From a virus: DNA of 64,000 nt. This document shows, in pieces, positions 9,571 through 19,144 of this stretch. Positions within the stretch are counted from its first letter, which is position 1. Every line of letters begins with the position of its first letter. The stretch lies in the IMG/VR virus record IMGVR_UViG_3300038312_000193. One strand, written 5' to 3'. The notes under the pieces were generated by a model. It searched no databases. It saw only the letters and a program-made list of their open reading frames with translations, and was not told the origin of the DNA. Made by a program: the position numbers and the translations under genes.

Positions 9571-9936
9571 CTAAATAAAATATAGTTCGTTATTAACTTC
9601 CAAACTAATTGCATCCTGGTTTGATATTTCTTTTAATTCTTCTCCTATTTCTATAGCTGCTTCGATGCTATTTTCTAGGTTATTACTATAACTGAAAACT
9701 ACTACTATTTTTTCCTTTATCAATTCTCCTGCTACACTTTTCCAATAGCCTAACGCCTGTGTTGATGTTGCTCCTCCGTTAACTTCACTAAATTTACTAG
9801 CTGTTAAGTCTACCATTTTTTGAATTAAATCAGTTGGTAGTTCCTGGTTGTTTTTGTCTCTGGTTGGTACATATAAACTTACTTTGTGAGATAGTTTAAA
9901 AAGGTTTTTTAAGGTTTTTTTGTTTTCGTTATTCAT
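9571..9936 (-). CDS. hypothetical protein (DUF3574-like, tentative)
   Basis: GGAT...GYW...E and NQDAISLE motifs; AAGGAG RBS. Confidence 0.6.
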   Translation of the reverse strand: MNNENKKTLKNLFKLSHKVSLYVPTRDKNNQELPTDLIQKMVDLTASKFSEVNGGATSTQALGYWKSVAGELIKEKIVVVFSYSNNLENSIEAAIEIGEELKEISNQDAISLEVNNELYFI

Positions 9937-10020
9937 TTTGTTATAATCTCCTTTTTGTTTTTTATTTAAGGGAATAACCCTTATTTTTTGAATCAAATTT
10001 CGGTTTGGTGTTGAGTGGTT

Positions 10021-10197
10021 TTATAATCCTGCTAATTTTAATCTGGTAAACTCTTTTGCTGCCTCGGTATAAGATGTATACTTTTTGTCGTTGAATTTGT
10101 TACGGACAATGTATTCACCTGCTTCATTAATTCCTAATTGTAAGATACCTTTAAAATTAAGTTCACGATTTTTTAATACTTCAATTTTCTCTCTCAT
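10021..10197 (-). CDS. small hypothetical protein (58 aa)
   Basis: GAGGTG RBS, MREKIEVLKN...KLAGL*; below track cutoff. Confidence 0.6.
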   Translation of the reverse strand: MREKIEVLKNRELNFKGILQLGINEAGEYIVRNKFNDKKYTSYTEAAKEFTRLKLAGL

Positions 10198-10302
10198 TTT
10201 ATCACCTCTTTCCTTTTAATGAATTCTATATATATTATATTCTACATCGCTTTTAAATATCCTTCTTTTTTATAAATTTATTTTATATTTTTAATGTGCT
10301 AG

Positions 10303-10545
10303 AAATGCCTATATTACGGGATTTGTAGGGTATGCATAAATATTCATAAAAATAATTTTTTATACATTTATATGGTTTAAATGCCTATATAATGGGGTTT
10401 GTGAAATATTAGTACGTTGATGTAAGGTATACATTAAATCATGTATATTATACAGGTTTATGAATAGATATGCATTGATTGAAGTAGGTTTATGCTCTTT
10501 TATACCCTATGAGGGTATGTAGAAATGGCTTAATATTGGGGGTTT
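10303..10545. repeat. three imperfect 7-8-7 palindromes AAATGSC-N8-GGNNTTT
   Basis: at 10303, 10379, 10523; further copies at 13137, 25609, 48397. Confidence 0.6.
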
Positions 10546-11171
10546 GTGAGGTATGGAAAAATGAGGTTGTGTAGTGCGTTTTAAGGTATGTATATTTATT
10601 TTATTGATATAATAGTCGTGAGAGTGGGAATGTTGGGTGTAGGTGGTATAATGTAGGTATGGTGGGATTTTTGGGGATTTTGGTTTGTACAAGGTTTATG
10701 CATCGATAATGTATATTTATATTGTGGGTTTGGTTGTGGCCTGGATTGATTTATCTAATATCTTACTAACTAATCATTATAATAATATTGTATCGTCTTA
10801 TATTTATTATATAATAAGTTATTATATTTTTATGTTGCTATCTTATTATCTTATTATATTACTAACATATTATATTATTATTATGTGATATTATTATGTT
10901 GATATACTAACATCATATTAAGTTTATATAATTGTATCAACATATCATATTATAATATTACCATATTATATTCGCATATTAATATTTTATTATTTTAACA
11001 ATTTAATATCATATTATTATAATAACTTAATATCTTAATATTATAATAACATAACTTTTTATTATCTTATAATTATAATATGATGTTGGTTTAATATGGT
11101 ACTAATATTATAATATAGTGGTATAGTTAGGTTATATGTTAGTTAGATTGTAGGATATTAAAATAATAGGC

Positions 11172-11200
11172 AAAAAAAATAAACCCCATGCGGGGTTTAT
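11172..11200 (-). terminator. intrinsic terminator
   Basis: ATAAACCCC/GGGGTTTAT hairpin plus T-run on minus strand at the stop of 11197..11421. Confidence 0.75.
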
Positions 11201-11421
11201 CTAATCATATCCGGTCTTTGCTGCATTGCCTTGTAAACTCTGCTGTAACCGTAATGATTTGTGATTTGGCCTATTATCGTATCTTTATTGGACTGACGAT
11301 TAATTGATATGTGAGCTTCTTTTGCTAATTGTAGTAGTTCGGATTTTTTGCACTTGCTTAATATTTCGGTGCTTGCCTCCCTGGTCATTGATTTTAGCTG
11401 ATTGATTAATTCTGCCATCAA
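11197..11421 (-). CDS. Rho-N/HeH-like small protein
   Basis: KKSELLQLAKEAHISINRQSNKDTII pattern; own promoter TTGACA-17-TAAAAT at 11497-11525. Confidence 0.6.
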   Translation of the reverse strand: MMAELINQLKSMTREASTEILSKCKKSELLQLAKEAHISINRQSNKDTIIGQITNHYGYSRVYKAMQQRPDMIR

Positions 11422-11609
11422 TATACACTCTCCTTTTATATTATTATTTTGTTTTTAAAGATCATTGATTGTGGGTTTATGTCTATCTCTATTATTATTT
11501 TATCAAAGTATTGTAATGTTGTCAATATGATAATTGATATTTTTTGAGATTTTTTAAGATTAATTTTAGTGAAAAGTTGTCACTTTATAACCTATAATAT
11601 AAGCATTTT

Positions 11610-11678
11610 TAAAAATTGACTATTTAGACGGTATATTATATAGTATCTCTATATGTCCTTCTAATTAGTCAATTTTTA
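11610..11678. repeat. inverted repeat, 18/19 bp arms, TA-rich spacer
   Basis: TAAAAATTGACTATTTAGA / TCTAATTAGTCAATTTTTA. Confidence 0.8.
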
Positions 11679-11688
11679 TATTTCTATT

Positions 11689-12732
11689 CTATTTTAATCT
11701 CAATAATAATTCTGCCAGTTCAAATTGAGCATTAAGATATTTATCCTCAGTTAATCTGAAGAATTTATTTATTGCTATGCTATTTGGTAAACCTATTATA
11801 TCATCCATATACTTTTCTATTTGTTGATCATATTCTTTTTGGCTCTTTTCTAAATTATATTTTGCTTGCTCATTTACTGCATTTATTACTTTATCATTTA
11901 ACATTATTCGTTGCATATTTAATTCGGCCTGTTGCAACGCTTGTATTATATGATCCTTGACAAATATTATTTTAATATCAGTATATATATAATTTATATT
12001 ATAGTTCTCTTTTAATAACTCATTTACTCTATTGTAAAATTCTTTATGCTTGAATTTTAAATACACTAAAGTAATGCTATCTAGGTTCATTTCATTAAGT
12101 ACTATTTTCTTTATTGCTAATATGTTTTTCTTTTCTTCATCGGTAGCAGGTCTTATATTATTATGTAATATTTCGTTTATATCTGGCTCAATAATATTAA
12201 TCATAGTTAATTCTTCATAATCAATTAGACATCTATTTTTTAGATTACGCAATGTATCAAATAATATCTTCCTTAACTTTTGATAGGTTCGCTGATAAAA
12301 ATGGTTTATTTGATAGTTTGTAATGATGTCATTTTGTTTCTTTAGTTCCTCTTTATTTTCTTGTATGTAGTTTGAATTGATCATACCCATTAATAAAAAT
12401 AGTTTCTTTAGAGTTAGTGTGGTAGTATATCCTTGTTGCTTAGATAGATAGTTGAGTAATATTAATTCAATATGTTGTATATATTTACTTGTGTTGCCTA
12501 ATGATCTTTTATCTTCTTTTGGTAATGGTTGGTTGTATATCTCAGTAATTATGTATTTTTGTCCTACTTTTTCATAATCAAAGTATCTTTGCCATTCTTT
12601 ATGTTGTGATTTTTTACTGTCTCCTGCTTTTATTTCTTGTGATAGTAAAGCGCATAAGGTTTTATAATTTTTGATTGTATCGCCAGGATGTAAAGTTTTT
12701 TGGATTTGATTGTATAATTTTGTATCTGGCAT
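11689..12732 (-). CDS. hypothetical protein, paralogue of 15057..16208
   Basis: long ORF with promoter TTGCAA-17-TATAAT at 12799-12827; shared RY..E..KY.I..IY and MIN.NY motifs. Confidence 0.8.
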   Translation of the reverse strand: MPDTKLYNQIQKTLHPGDTIKNYKTLCALLSQEIKAGDSKKSQHKEWQRYFDYEKVGQKYIITEIYNQPLPKEDKRSLGNTSKYIQHIELILLNYLSKQQGYTTTLTLKKLFLLMGMINSNYIQENKEELKKQNDIITNYQINHFYQRTYQKLRKILFDTLRNLKNRCLIDYEELTMINIIEPDINEILHNNIRPATDEEKKNILAIKKIVLNEMNLDSITLVYLKFKHKEFYNRVNELLKENYNINYIYTDIKIIFVKDHIIQALQQAELNMQRIMLNDKVINAVNEQAKYNLEKSQKEYDQQIEKYMDDIIGLPNSIAINKFFRLTEDKYLNAQFELAELLLRLK

Positions 12733-13230
12733 AATGGTATTAGTTCCTCCTTTTATATGGTATATAATTTGTGGCGTATGCATAGCATAGGTAATTATAT
12801 TATAGCATAGTTGGTTGTGATTTGCAATTTGTTTATATTATAGATATAATGGGATTTATAACTGTATTAGTTGAAGTAGTACAGTTAATACAATATTACT
12901 TCGATGGCAAATTTCCTGTTATCAAATCCGAATATTTAGAAGTTTATCTAAATATCTAAATATTATTCGTTTGGGCGTATTCTGGCAGGTTGTGGCCTGA
13001 TACTATGAGTAGATACCAGGATTAATCAGGATCAATTCTATATCATTAGTTTGTGCAGCTTAACCCGTATTTATTCCCTTCATTCCTGCCATAATGCAGG
13101 ATAACACATATTATCTAGTATTAATTAATAGCTTGTAAATGGCTATATATCGGTATTTGTAGCTATATTCAAACATTTATTACATTACCAATATATTATT
13201 ATCCAGGCTAGACGGGGGTACTTTACAAAA

Positions 13231-13259
13231 AGAACAACCGTTTGTAGAACAGATGTTTG
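13231..13259. promoter_or_regulatory. two tandem LexA (Cheo)-like boxes
   Basis: AGAAC-AACC-GTTTG and AGAAC-AGAT-GTTTG. Confidence 0.55.
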
Positions 13260-13704
13260 CCTATCTCTTCTATCAACAGACTATGAAAATTTTTCATACC
13301 GACAATCTTAATTCTTTCAACAAATACCCATCGTTCTAATTTCGTTTAATACCCCAACCTACAAAACATCCTATAACTCCCAACCATCTTAAAATCAACC
13401 TTATCAACTCCTAAACCATCTATATAATCAAAATTCAAACCCACTCAAACGCCCAATGAATCAACATTTACAACTATTCCTTTACTCAACTACTACTATA
13501 TATAATAACAATTTCACCGAATCAACTTTTAACCTATCTAACCAATCTAAAAACAACATTCTATTAACAACCAAAATTCCTTTAAAATCCTACTATTTAA
13601 CTAACTCTAACATATAATTAACGCCCACTCTGGATTAATTCACCGACAACCAACTATCAAAATAATCATATCTAAAAAAATTTCACATTTATTTTATAAT
13701 TTTC

Positions 13705-13733
13705 TTGACACTTCTAATATTATCTTGTATTAT
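13705..13733 (+). promoter_or_regulatory. sigma-A promoter of recombinase
   Basis: TTGACA-17-TATTAT. Confidence 0.7.
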
Positions 13734-13771
13734 TATATTAATAATTTAACTAAAACAAAGGAGATAACAAA

Positions 13772-14659
13772 ATGATCAATAATAATGAACCCAATCCAAA
13801 TCCTTTAATCCAATACACCCAACATTTAATCCAACAAAATAAATCCACCAATACAATTAAATCTTATACTAAAGATATAACATCATTTTTTGCTTATTTC
13901 AACCAAACTCATAACATACCTCAAACATTAACTCGTTCTCAAATCATCCAATACAAACAACACCTACTTACTACAAAAAATAATGCTAAATCAATTAATC
14001 GTACCTTATCATCTTTAAAATCCTATAATGAATTTCTAGTTTTCACACATCAACAAAATGAAGTGGTTGTATTATCTATAGACTATATTAAAATTCAAAA
14101 ACAACTTGTATCTCCTACTAACACTTCTACTAAAGATGCTATTCGTTTTATGGAGAAGGTAAAAAAGAATGAACCTATAAGAAATTACTATATAGTTGCC
14201 TTACTATTAAATACTGGTCTTAGAATATCTGAAGCATTAAGTATTGAATTGGATGATATTAATTTTAAAAAAGAAAATCTAAGGGTTATCGGCAAAGGAT
14301 CAAAACAAAGAATTATTCCTTTAAATAAGAAAGCAATTGAAATTATTAAATTGGTGATTGAAGATAGAAAAAATTATAACTATGCTTTGAATAAATTAAA
14401 TAGTAAGTATTTATTTCTAAGCAATAAAAGTGAAAAATTAGAAAGTTGCACTATTGAGAGAATATTCAATAAATATAGTAAGACTATTACACCGCACAAA
14501 TTGCGTCATTGTTTCAGTTCTAATTACTTAGAAAGTGGAGGTAGCATTCGGGAACTTCAATATATACTCGGACACTCCAGCTTAAATACAACTTCTATTT
14601 ACCTTAATCCAAATGAAATAAGTATGCACAGGAATATAAATAATAGTTGTATAGGTTAA
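13772..14659 (+). CDS. tyrosine recombinase (XerC/D-like)
   Basis: TGLRISE, GKGSKQR, HKLRH, LGH, TTSIY catalytic motifs. Confidence 0.95.
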   Translation: MINNNEPNPNPLIQYTQHLIQQNKSTNTIKSYTKDITSFFAYFNQTHNIPQTLTRSQIIQYKQHLLTTKNNAKSINRTLSSLKSYNEFLVFTHQQNEVVVLSIDYIKIQKQLVSPTNTSTKDAIRFMEKVKKNEPIRNYYIVALLLNTGLRISEALSIELDDINFKKENLRVIGKGSKQRIIPLNKKAIEIIKLVIEDRKNYNYALNKLNSKYLFLSNKSEKLESCTIERIFNKYSKTITPHKLRHCFSSNYLESGGSIRELQYILGHSSLNTTSIYLNPNEISMHRNINNSCIG

Positions 14660-14862
14660 TAATTTAAAATTGATTAACTTTTGCCACAGGCGTTATCATC
14701 ATTAATTGTAATTTGCTGGTTCAAACTTCCCGACAAGCGGGTCGCTTTCACCTAGCAAATTTGCACAATTACTGATGAATCGGCTAAAGCCGATATTGAT
14801 ATTTTTATTTATGGAACCAATTCTAATATTATATGTCTAACTAATTAGAGTATATATTTGTG

Positions 14863-14891
14863 TTGACATTTATTTTATTATTTTGTATAAT
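14863..14891 (+). promoter_or_regulatory. sigma-A promoter
   Basis: TTGACA-17-TATAAT. Confidence 0.8.
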
Positions 14892-14968
14892 ATGATTAGA
14901 ATATAAAAAAGAAGGAGTAAAATATCTATAAATCCCTATTTTATTGAATTATTAAAATAAAAATATAA

Positions 14969-15022
14969 ATGTGTAGCAAAATTTCCATATAATATATATA
15001 GAGTGAAAACTTTGCTACACAT
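14969..15022. repeat. inverted repeat, 15/16 bp arms, TA-rich spacer
   Basis: ATGTGTAGCAAAATTT / AAACTTTGCTACACAT. Confidence 0.8.
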
Positions 15023-15056
15023 AACTTAATTTTGCAATTTATATGAAAGGAATTTT

Positions 15057-16208
15057 ATGAAAATAAAAACAGGTGAAATTAATAATAAACATTTGGTAGA
15101 ACTTTTTGGAACAGAAAAACAAAAGGAAATTTTCTTTAAAGATAAAAAATTAAATAGTGGTATTAAAAAACGGTTATTAGAGAAAGCAAAAAGATATTGT
15201 GAAATAGAGGATTTAACTCAAGGTAAATATTTAATACATAAAATTTATACCATAAAAAATGAAAATTGTTTAATACCTTTATATAAAGGTCTATCTAAAT
15301 ACTTAACCCCTTTGATATTAATTAAACTTTTAGAAGAACAAGATGAAAATTATAAAATTACACTTCCCTTTCTAGGATGGGCAAAGAATTTTGAAATGAT
15401 AAATGATAATTATCCTTTATTAAAATATCATCAAAAAGCAGGTAGTGAATATTTAAAAATTAATGAAAACATTATGTTTGAATATTTTGAAAAAATGGAT
15501 GAATGTATTAAATATTATTTAGATAAAATTTTAACAATTCTTGGAAATAAAAGTGGATTAGATTTAATAGAATTTGATTCAATAACTATGGTTAGAAAAT
15601 TATATTTAAATCAAGCACTAGACACAAATAAAATTGATATTAAAGGCAATTGGTTCGATGAAATTATTTCAGATGAGGATCGTAAATTTGTAATTGATTG
15701 TGAAAATAAAGCAAAAGATAAAGCGAAGATTATTAATAATCAGGAAAAATTCTATGGTACAAAATCTCATATTTATAAAAATGAATTAAAGAAATTACTT
15801 AGTAAAAGAAATATTATATTTACATATTCTGCCTATAATATTTTTTGTAAAAATAAAGGTGAAATAAAAAATATTATAGAACAATTTACTTCTATACTTA
15901 GTTGTAATACAAATGATTTAGTACAAACCTTTAATGAAACATTTATAGATTATATAGAAAATAAGGCGGTTAATAGACAGAATAGAGAGCAAAATAAATT
16001 TAATGATGACAATAATGAAAATATAATTAAAAGATATAGATTGGCAGAATCTTATGTGTCTAATTTTAAGGCATTATCTGAATTAACAGTTAAACGAGAT
16101 GCCAAAGATTTAAAATGTGAATTAAATTTGAATAATCTTGAAGATATATTAAGTGAATATTCTACTTATAATTTATATATCAATATAGACAAATTAAAGA
16201 AAATATAG
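15057..16208 (+). CDS. hypothetical protein, paralogue of 11689..12732
   Basis: long ORF with RBS; shared N-terminal motifs. Confidence 0.8.
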   Translation: MKIKTGEINNKHLVELFGTEKQKEIFFKDKKLNSGIKKRLLEKAKRYCEIEDLTQGKYLIHKIYTIKNENCLIPLYKGLSKYLTPLILIKLLEEQDENYKITLPFLGWAKNFEMINDNYPLLKYHQKAGSEYLKINENIMFEYFEKMDECIKYYLDKILTILGNKSGLDLIEFDSITMVRKLYLNQALDTNKIDIKGNWFDEIISDEDRKFVIDCENKAKDKAKIINNQEKFYGTKSHIYKNELKKLLSKRNIIFTYSAYNIFCKNKGEIKNIIEQFTSILSCNTNDLVQTFNETFIDYIENKAVNRQNREQNKFNDDNNENIIKRYRLAESYVSNFKALSELTVKRDAKDLKCELNLNNLEDILSEYSTYNLYINIDKLKKI

Positions 16209-16226
16209 AAAGGATTAATAATACAT

Positions 16227-18005
16227 ATGAAAAAAGCACTTAACCAATACAATAAACTCATAGATATTATGGAATCAACAAAAAAAGATACATATACCTG
16301 CCCCGTATGTAAAGAAATATTGACTAGAAACTTTGGAGAGAAGTCACAATATTATAGTCATCCTAAAGGGAAAGGGCAAGATTGTGAATTAAAATTAAAA
16401 CTAATTATTAAAGAAGATAATTTAAACGAACTCTCCCAGAATCAAATAGACATACTTAAAACAGAGTATTATGAAAAAGCATTTAATGATGTACATATTG
16501 AATTATCAGATTATAAATCGGAAGAAGGATATTATTTAACCCAAGAACAAAAAAATATTATTTTTTCTAAAGAAAATAAGATAAAAATATCTGCCCTTGC
16601 AGGTTCAGCGAAATCCTCAACACTTTATTATTATGCAAAAGAAAGACATTATAAAAAAATTCTTTATTTAGTATATAATCGTGCAATGAAAGATGAGGCA
16701 GATCAATCCTTCGGTAAATTATCAAATGTCACTATTAAAACCACTCATGGATTAGCATTTGGATATGTAGGTAATTTATATAAGAGGAAACTTACTAATA
16801 GTTATAAACCAGTTGATATAATTAAAGATTTAAAATTAAATTGGAATACCGATATGGAATTAGCAAATAAAATACATTATATGATGAATCAATATATGTT
16901 ATCTAATGTTAAAGAATTTGAAGAATTAGATTTATATAAAGATGAATCTGGTAATTCTACAGAAGAGAGAGAATTAATAATTAATAAATGTAAACAATTA
17001 TGGGAATTAAAAAAAGAATACAATAATAATGTAAAAGTTGAACATGATTTTTATTTAAAACTATTTCATTTGGGACAAAAAGATTTATCTCATAAATATG
17101 ATATTGTAATGATTGATGAAGCGCAGGATAGTAACCTTATAGTTTTAGATATAATTAAAAATTCAAGAATTAATGGTGTAGCAGTTGTCGGCGATCCCCT
17201 ACAACAGATTTACAGTTGGCGTAATGCAACTAATATAATGCCTTTGTTTGAAGGTAAAGAATATACTCTAACTACTTCGTTTAGGGTAAGTCAAAATATT
17301 GCTAATATAGCAAATATAATTGTTCAAGATATTAACAATAAAGAAATTAATATGAAAGGATTTAATAGTAATCAAAAAATAGTAAGTGAAATTAATAAGA
17401 ATGAACCATATGTTTGTTTATGTAGAACTAATGCTTATATTTTTGCTGAAGTATTTGAAACATTAAATAAAAATAAAAATGCAAAATTATTTTTTGAAGG
17501 TGGTTATTTCGGTTATGCATTTCAAAATATTAAAGATGCATGGTTTTTTTCTTTAGGTTATCAAGTAAAAAATCCAATGTTTAATAAATTTAAAGATTAT
17601 TATTCTATGATTGAATATGCTAAAAATATAGAAGACCTAGAATTAATAGCATTAGATAAAATGATTAATAAATATGGACATAAAATACCTCAAATTGTAG
17701 ATGGTATTAAAAATAATACTGTGACAAAGAAAGAAAATGCCGATGTAATATTTAGTACGATCCATCGGTCTAAAGGCCAAACTTATACAATCCCAGTTTA
17801 TATTAGTGATGATTGCATAGATTTATCAAATATCTTTAAAAAAGCATATATAGATAAGGAAAATATTAATCTTAATAATTATTATGAAGAACTTTGCATT
17901 TTATACGTTGCTATTACTCGTGCTGCCGGTGAAATTCAATTAAATGATAATTTAAAAAAATATTTAGTATTAAAATGGAAATATTTTAATAATCAGAATA
18001 ATTAA
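16227..18005 (+). CDS. UvrD/Rep-like SF1 helicase with N-terminal CoiA-like zinc finger
   Basis: LAGSAKS, IDEAQD, VGDPLQQIY, STIHRSKG, LYVAITRA; CPVC...H...C. Confidence 0.9.
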   Translation: MKKALNQYNKLIDIMESTKKDTYTCPVCKEILTRNFGEKSQYYSHPKGKGQDCELKLKLIIKEDNLNELSQNQIDILKTEYYEKAFNDVHIELSDYKSEEGYYLTQEQKNIIFSKENKIKISALAGSAKSSTLYYYAKERHYKKILYLVYNRAMKDEADQSFGKLSNVTIKTTHGLAFGYVGNLYKRKLTNSYKPVDIIKDLKLNWNTDMELANKIHYMMNQYMLSNVKEFEELDLYKDESGNSTEERELIINKCKQLWELKKEYNNNVKVEHDFYLKLFHLGQKDLSHKYDIVMIDEAQDSNLIVLDIIKNSRINGVAVVGDPLQQIYSWRNATNIMPLFEGKEYTLTTSFRVSQNIANIANIIVQDINNKEINMKGFNSNQKIVSEINKNEPYVCLCRTNAYIFAEVFETLNKNKNAKLFFEGGYFGYAFQNIKDAWFFSLGYQVKNPMFNKFKDYYSMIEYAKNIEDLELIALDKMINKYGHKIPQIVDGIKNNTVTKKENADVIFSTIHRSKGQTYTIPVYISDDCIDLSNIFKKAYIDKENINLNNYYEELCILYVAITRAAGEIQLNDNLKKYLVLKWKYFNNQNN

Positions 18006-18023
18006 AACTATAATATAAATATA

Positions 18024-18052
18024 TTGCTTTTTCCCATACTATTTGCTATAAT
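18024..18052 (+). promoter_or_regulatory. sigma-A promoter
   Basis: TTGCTT-17-TATAAT with extended TG. Confidence 0.65.
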
Positions 18053-18283
18053 ATAATTAATAAAACGACCAACTAACTAATACCAAAAAAGAAAGGAGGA
18101 ATATCCATGCTATCGTACTTTGACAAAAATAATATAATCAAAATAAACAAACGTACTTTCCTGGTTATAGACGGGAAACTAACAAGAGCAGGTAAAGAGT
18201 TTTTGAAGATGTTTAAATATATAAAATAAATATATTTGTAGTTTTATTAAATATTATTATATAAGGAAGAAGGAATTATATAT

Positions 18284-18613
18284 ATGTCATTAGAAAAATC
18301 CGAGCGTTATTTACTTATAGGTATTGATGAAGATTCTGAATGGGCACAAGTTACTTCGTTTATTAGAAAATATACTACTTTCCTTGATAAGCGTTGTGAA
18401 CAGTATCCAGAATCTTATAAAAAAGAATCAGATCAATTTGATGAAGATGAAATTGTGGGTAGAGAATATATTGTAAAGAAAAGATTATTACCTCCTACAT
18501 TATTTAAAGCACCAAGCAAGAAGAAGTTAACTGAAGAACAGAAGCAAGCGGCCTCTGAACGAATGAGGAAGATGCAAAAAGCAAGACAAAAGAAAGTTAA
18601 AGATAAAGGTTAA
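18284..18613 (+). CDS. hypothetical phage protein
   Basis: RBS; LTEEQKQAASERMRK tail common in phage proteins. Confidence 0.75.
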   Translation: MSLEKSERYLLIGIDEDSEWAQVTSFIRKYTTFLDKRCEQYPESYKKESDQFDEDEIVGREYIVKKRLLPPTLFKAPSKKKLTEEQKQAASERMRKMQKARQKKVKDKG

Positions 18614-18822
18614 ACACTAATACATATTTTACAATAAAATTTGCTTCTAAAAACGCTTTAATATTCTCTAAGGTAGTTTCCCTCTACCTTACTCCTAATC
18701 GTTCAATCTTGAAGCAAATTATAGATTAAATACATATAAAATTGCCCTATTATTTTTAGGGGTTGACCCTATATTTTAAAACTATAAAATCAAGTTAGAA
18801 AGAAGGATAAAAAAATATATAT

Positions 18823-19143
18823 ATGATAACCAAAGAAACTTTTACAAAATATATAAATAGAATTCAAGAATTTCAAGAAGCAGAAGATAAAATAAATTTA
18901 GCGGGTGAAATATTAGAATTTTCAATTTCATTTGCGGAACATGAACAATTAATTGTAAATATTTTAGAAGATGTGTTTGATGATCGTGAATCTAATTGGA
19001 TTTCATATTTCATTTATGATTTGTCATTTGGGAATGATTGGCATGAGGGATGTATTAGAGAAAAAGATGGTACAGATATTTCATTGAGAAATGCTGGAGA
19101 GTTGTATGATTTATTAATGAGTGAATTTAAGGAGGATTATTAA
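18823..19143 (+). CDS. hypothetical phage protein
   Basis: RBS; WISYFIYDLSFG motif. Confidence 0.75.
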   Translation: MITKETFTKYINRIQEFQEAEDKINLAGEILEFSISFAEHEQLIVNILEDVFDDRESNWISYFIYDLSFGNDWHEGCIREKDGTDISLRNAGELYDLLMSEFKEDY

Positions 19144-19144
19144 T

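Larger units (their letters stand above)
625..9806 (-). repeat. dispersed strand-polarised hexamer TAACAG (CTGTTA on +), about 51 copies
   Basis: manual count; about 2 copies in the opposite orientation. Confidence 0.9.

Noticed and set aside
10507-10888. ORFs 10507..10692(-) and 10685..10888(+)
   Set aside because: Low-complexity products of skewed or AT-rich non-coding DNA with no RBS.
13772-14659. Prophage boundary (attL/attR) at the recombinase
   Set aside because: Phage-type genes on both sides; no host genes or att duplication visible.
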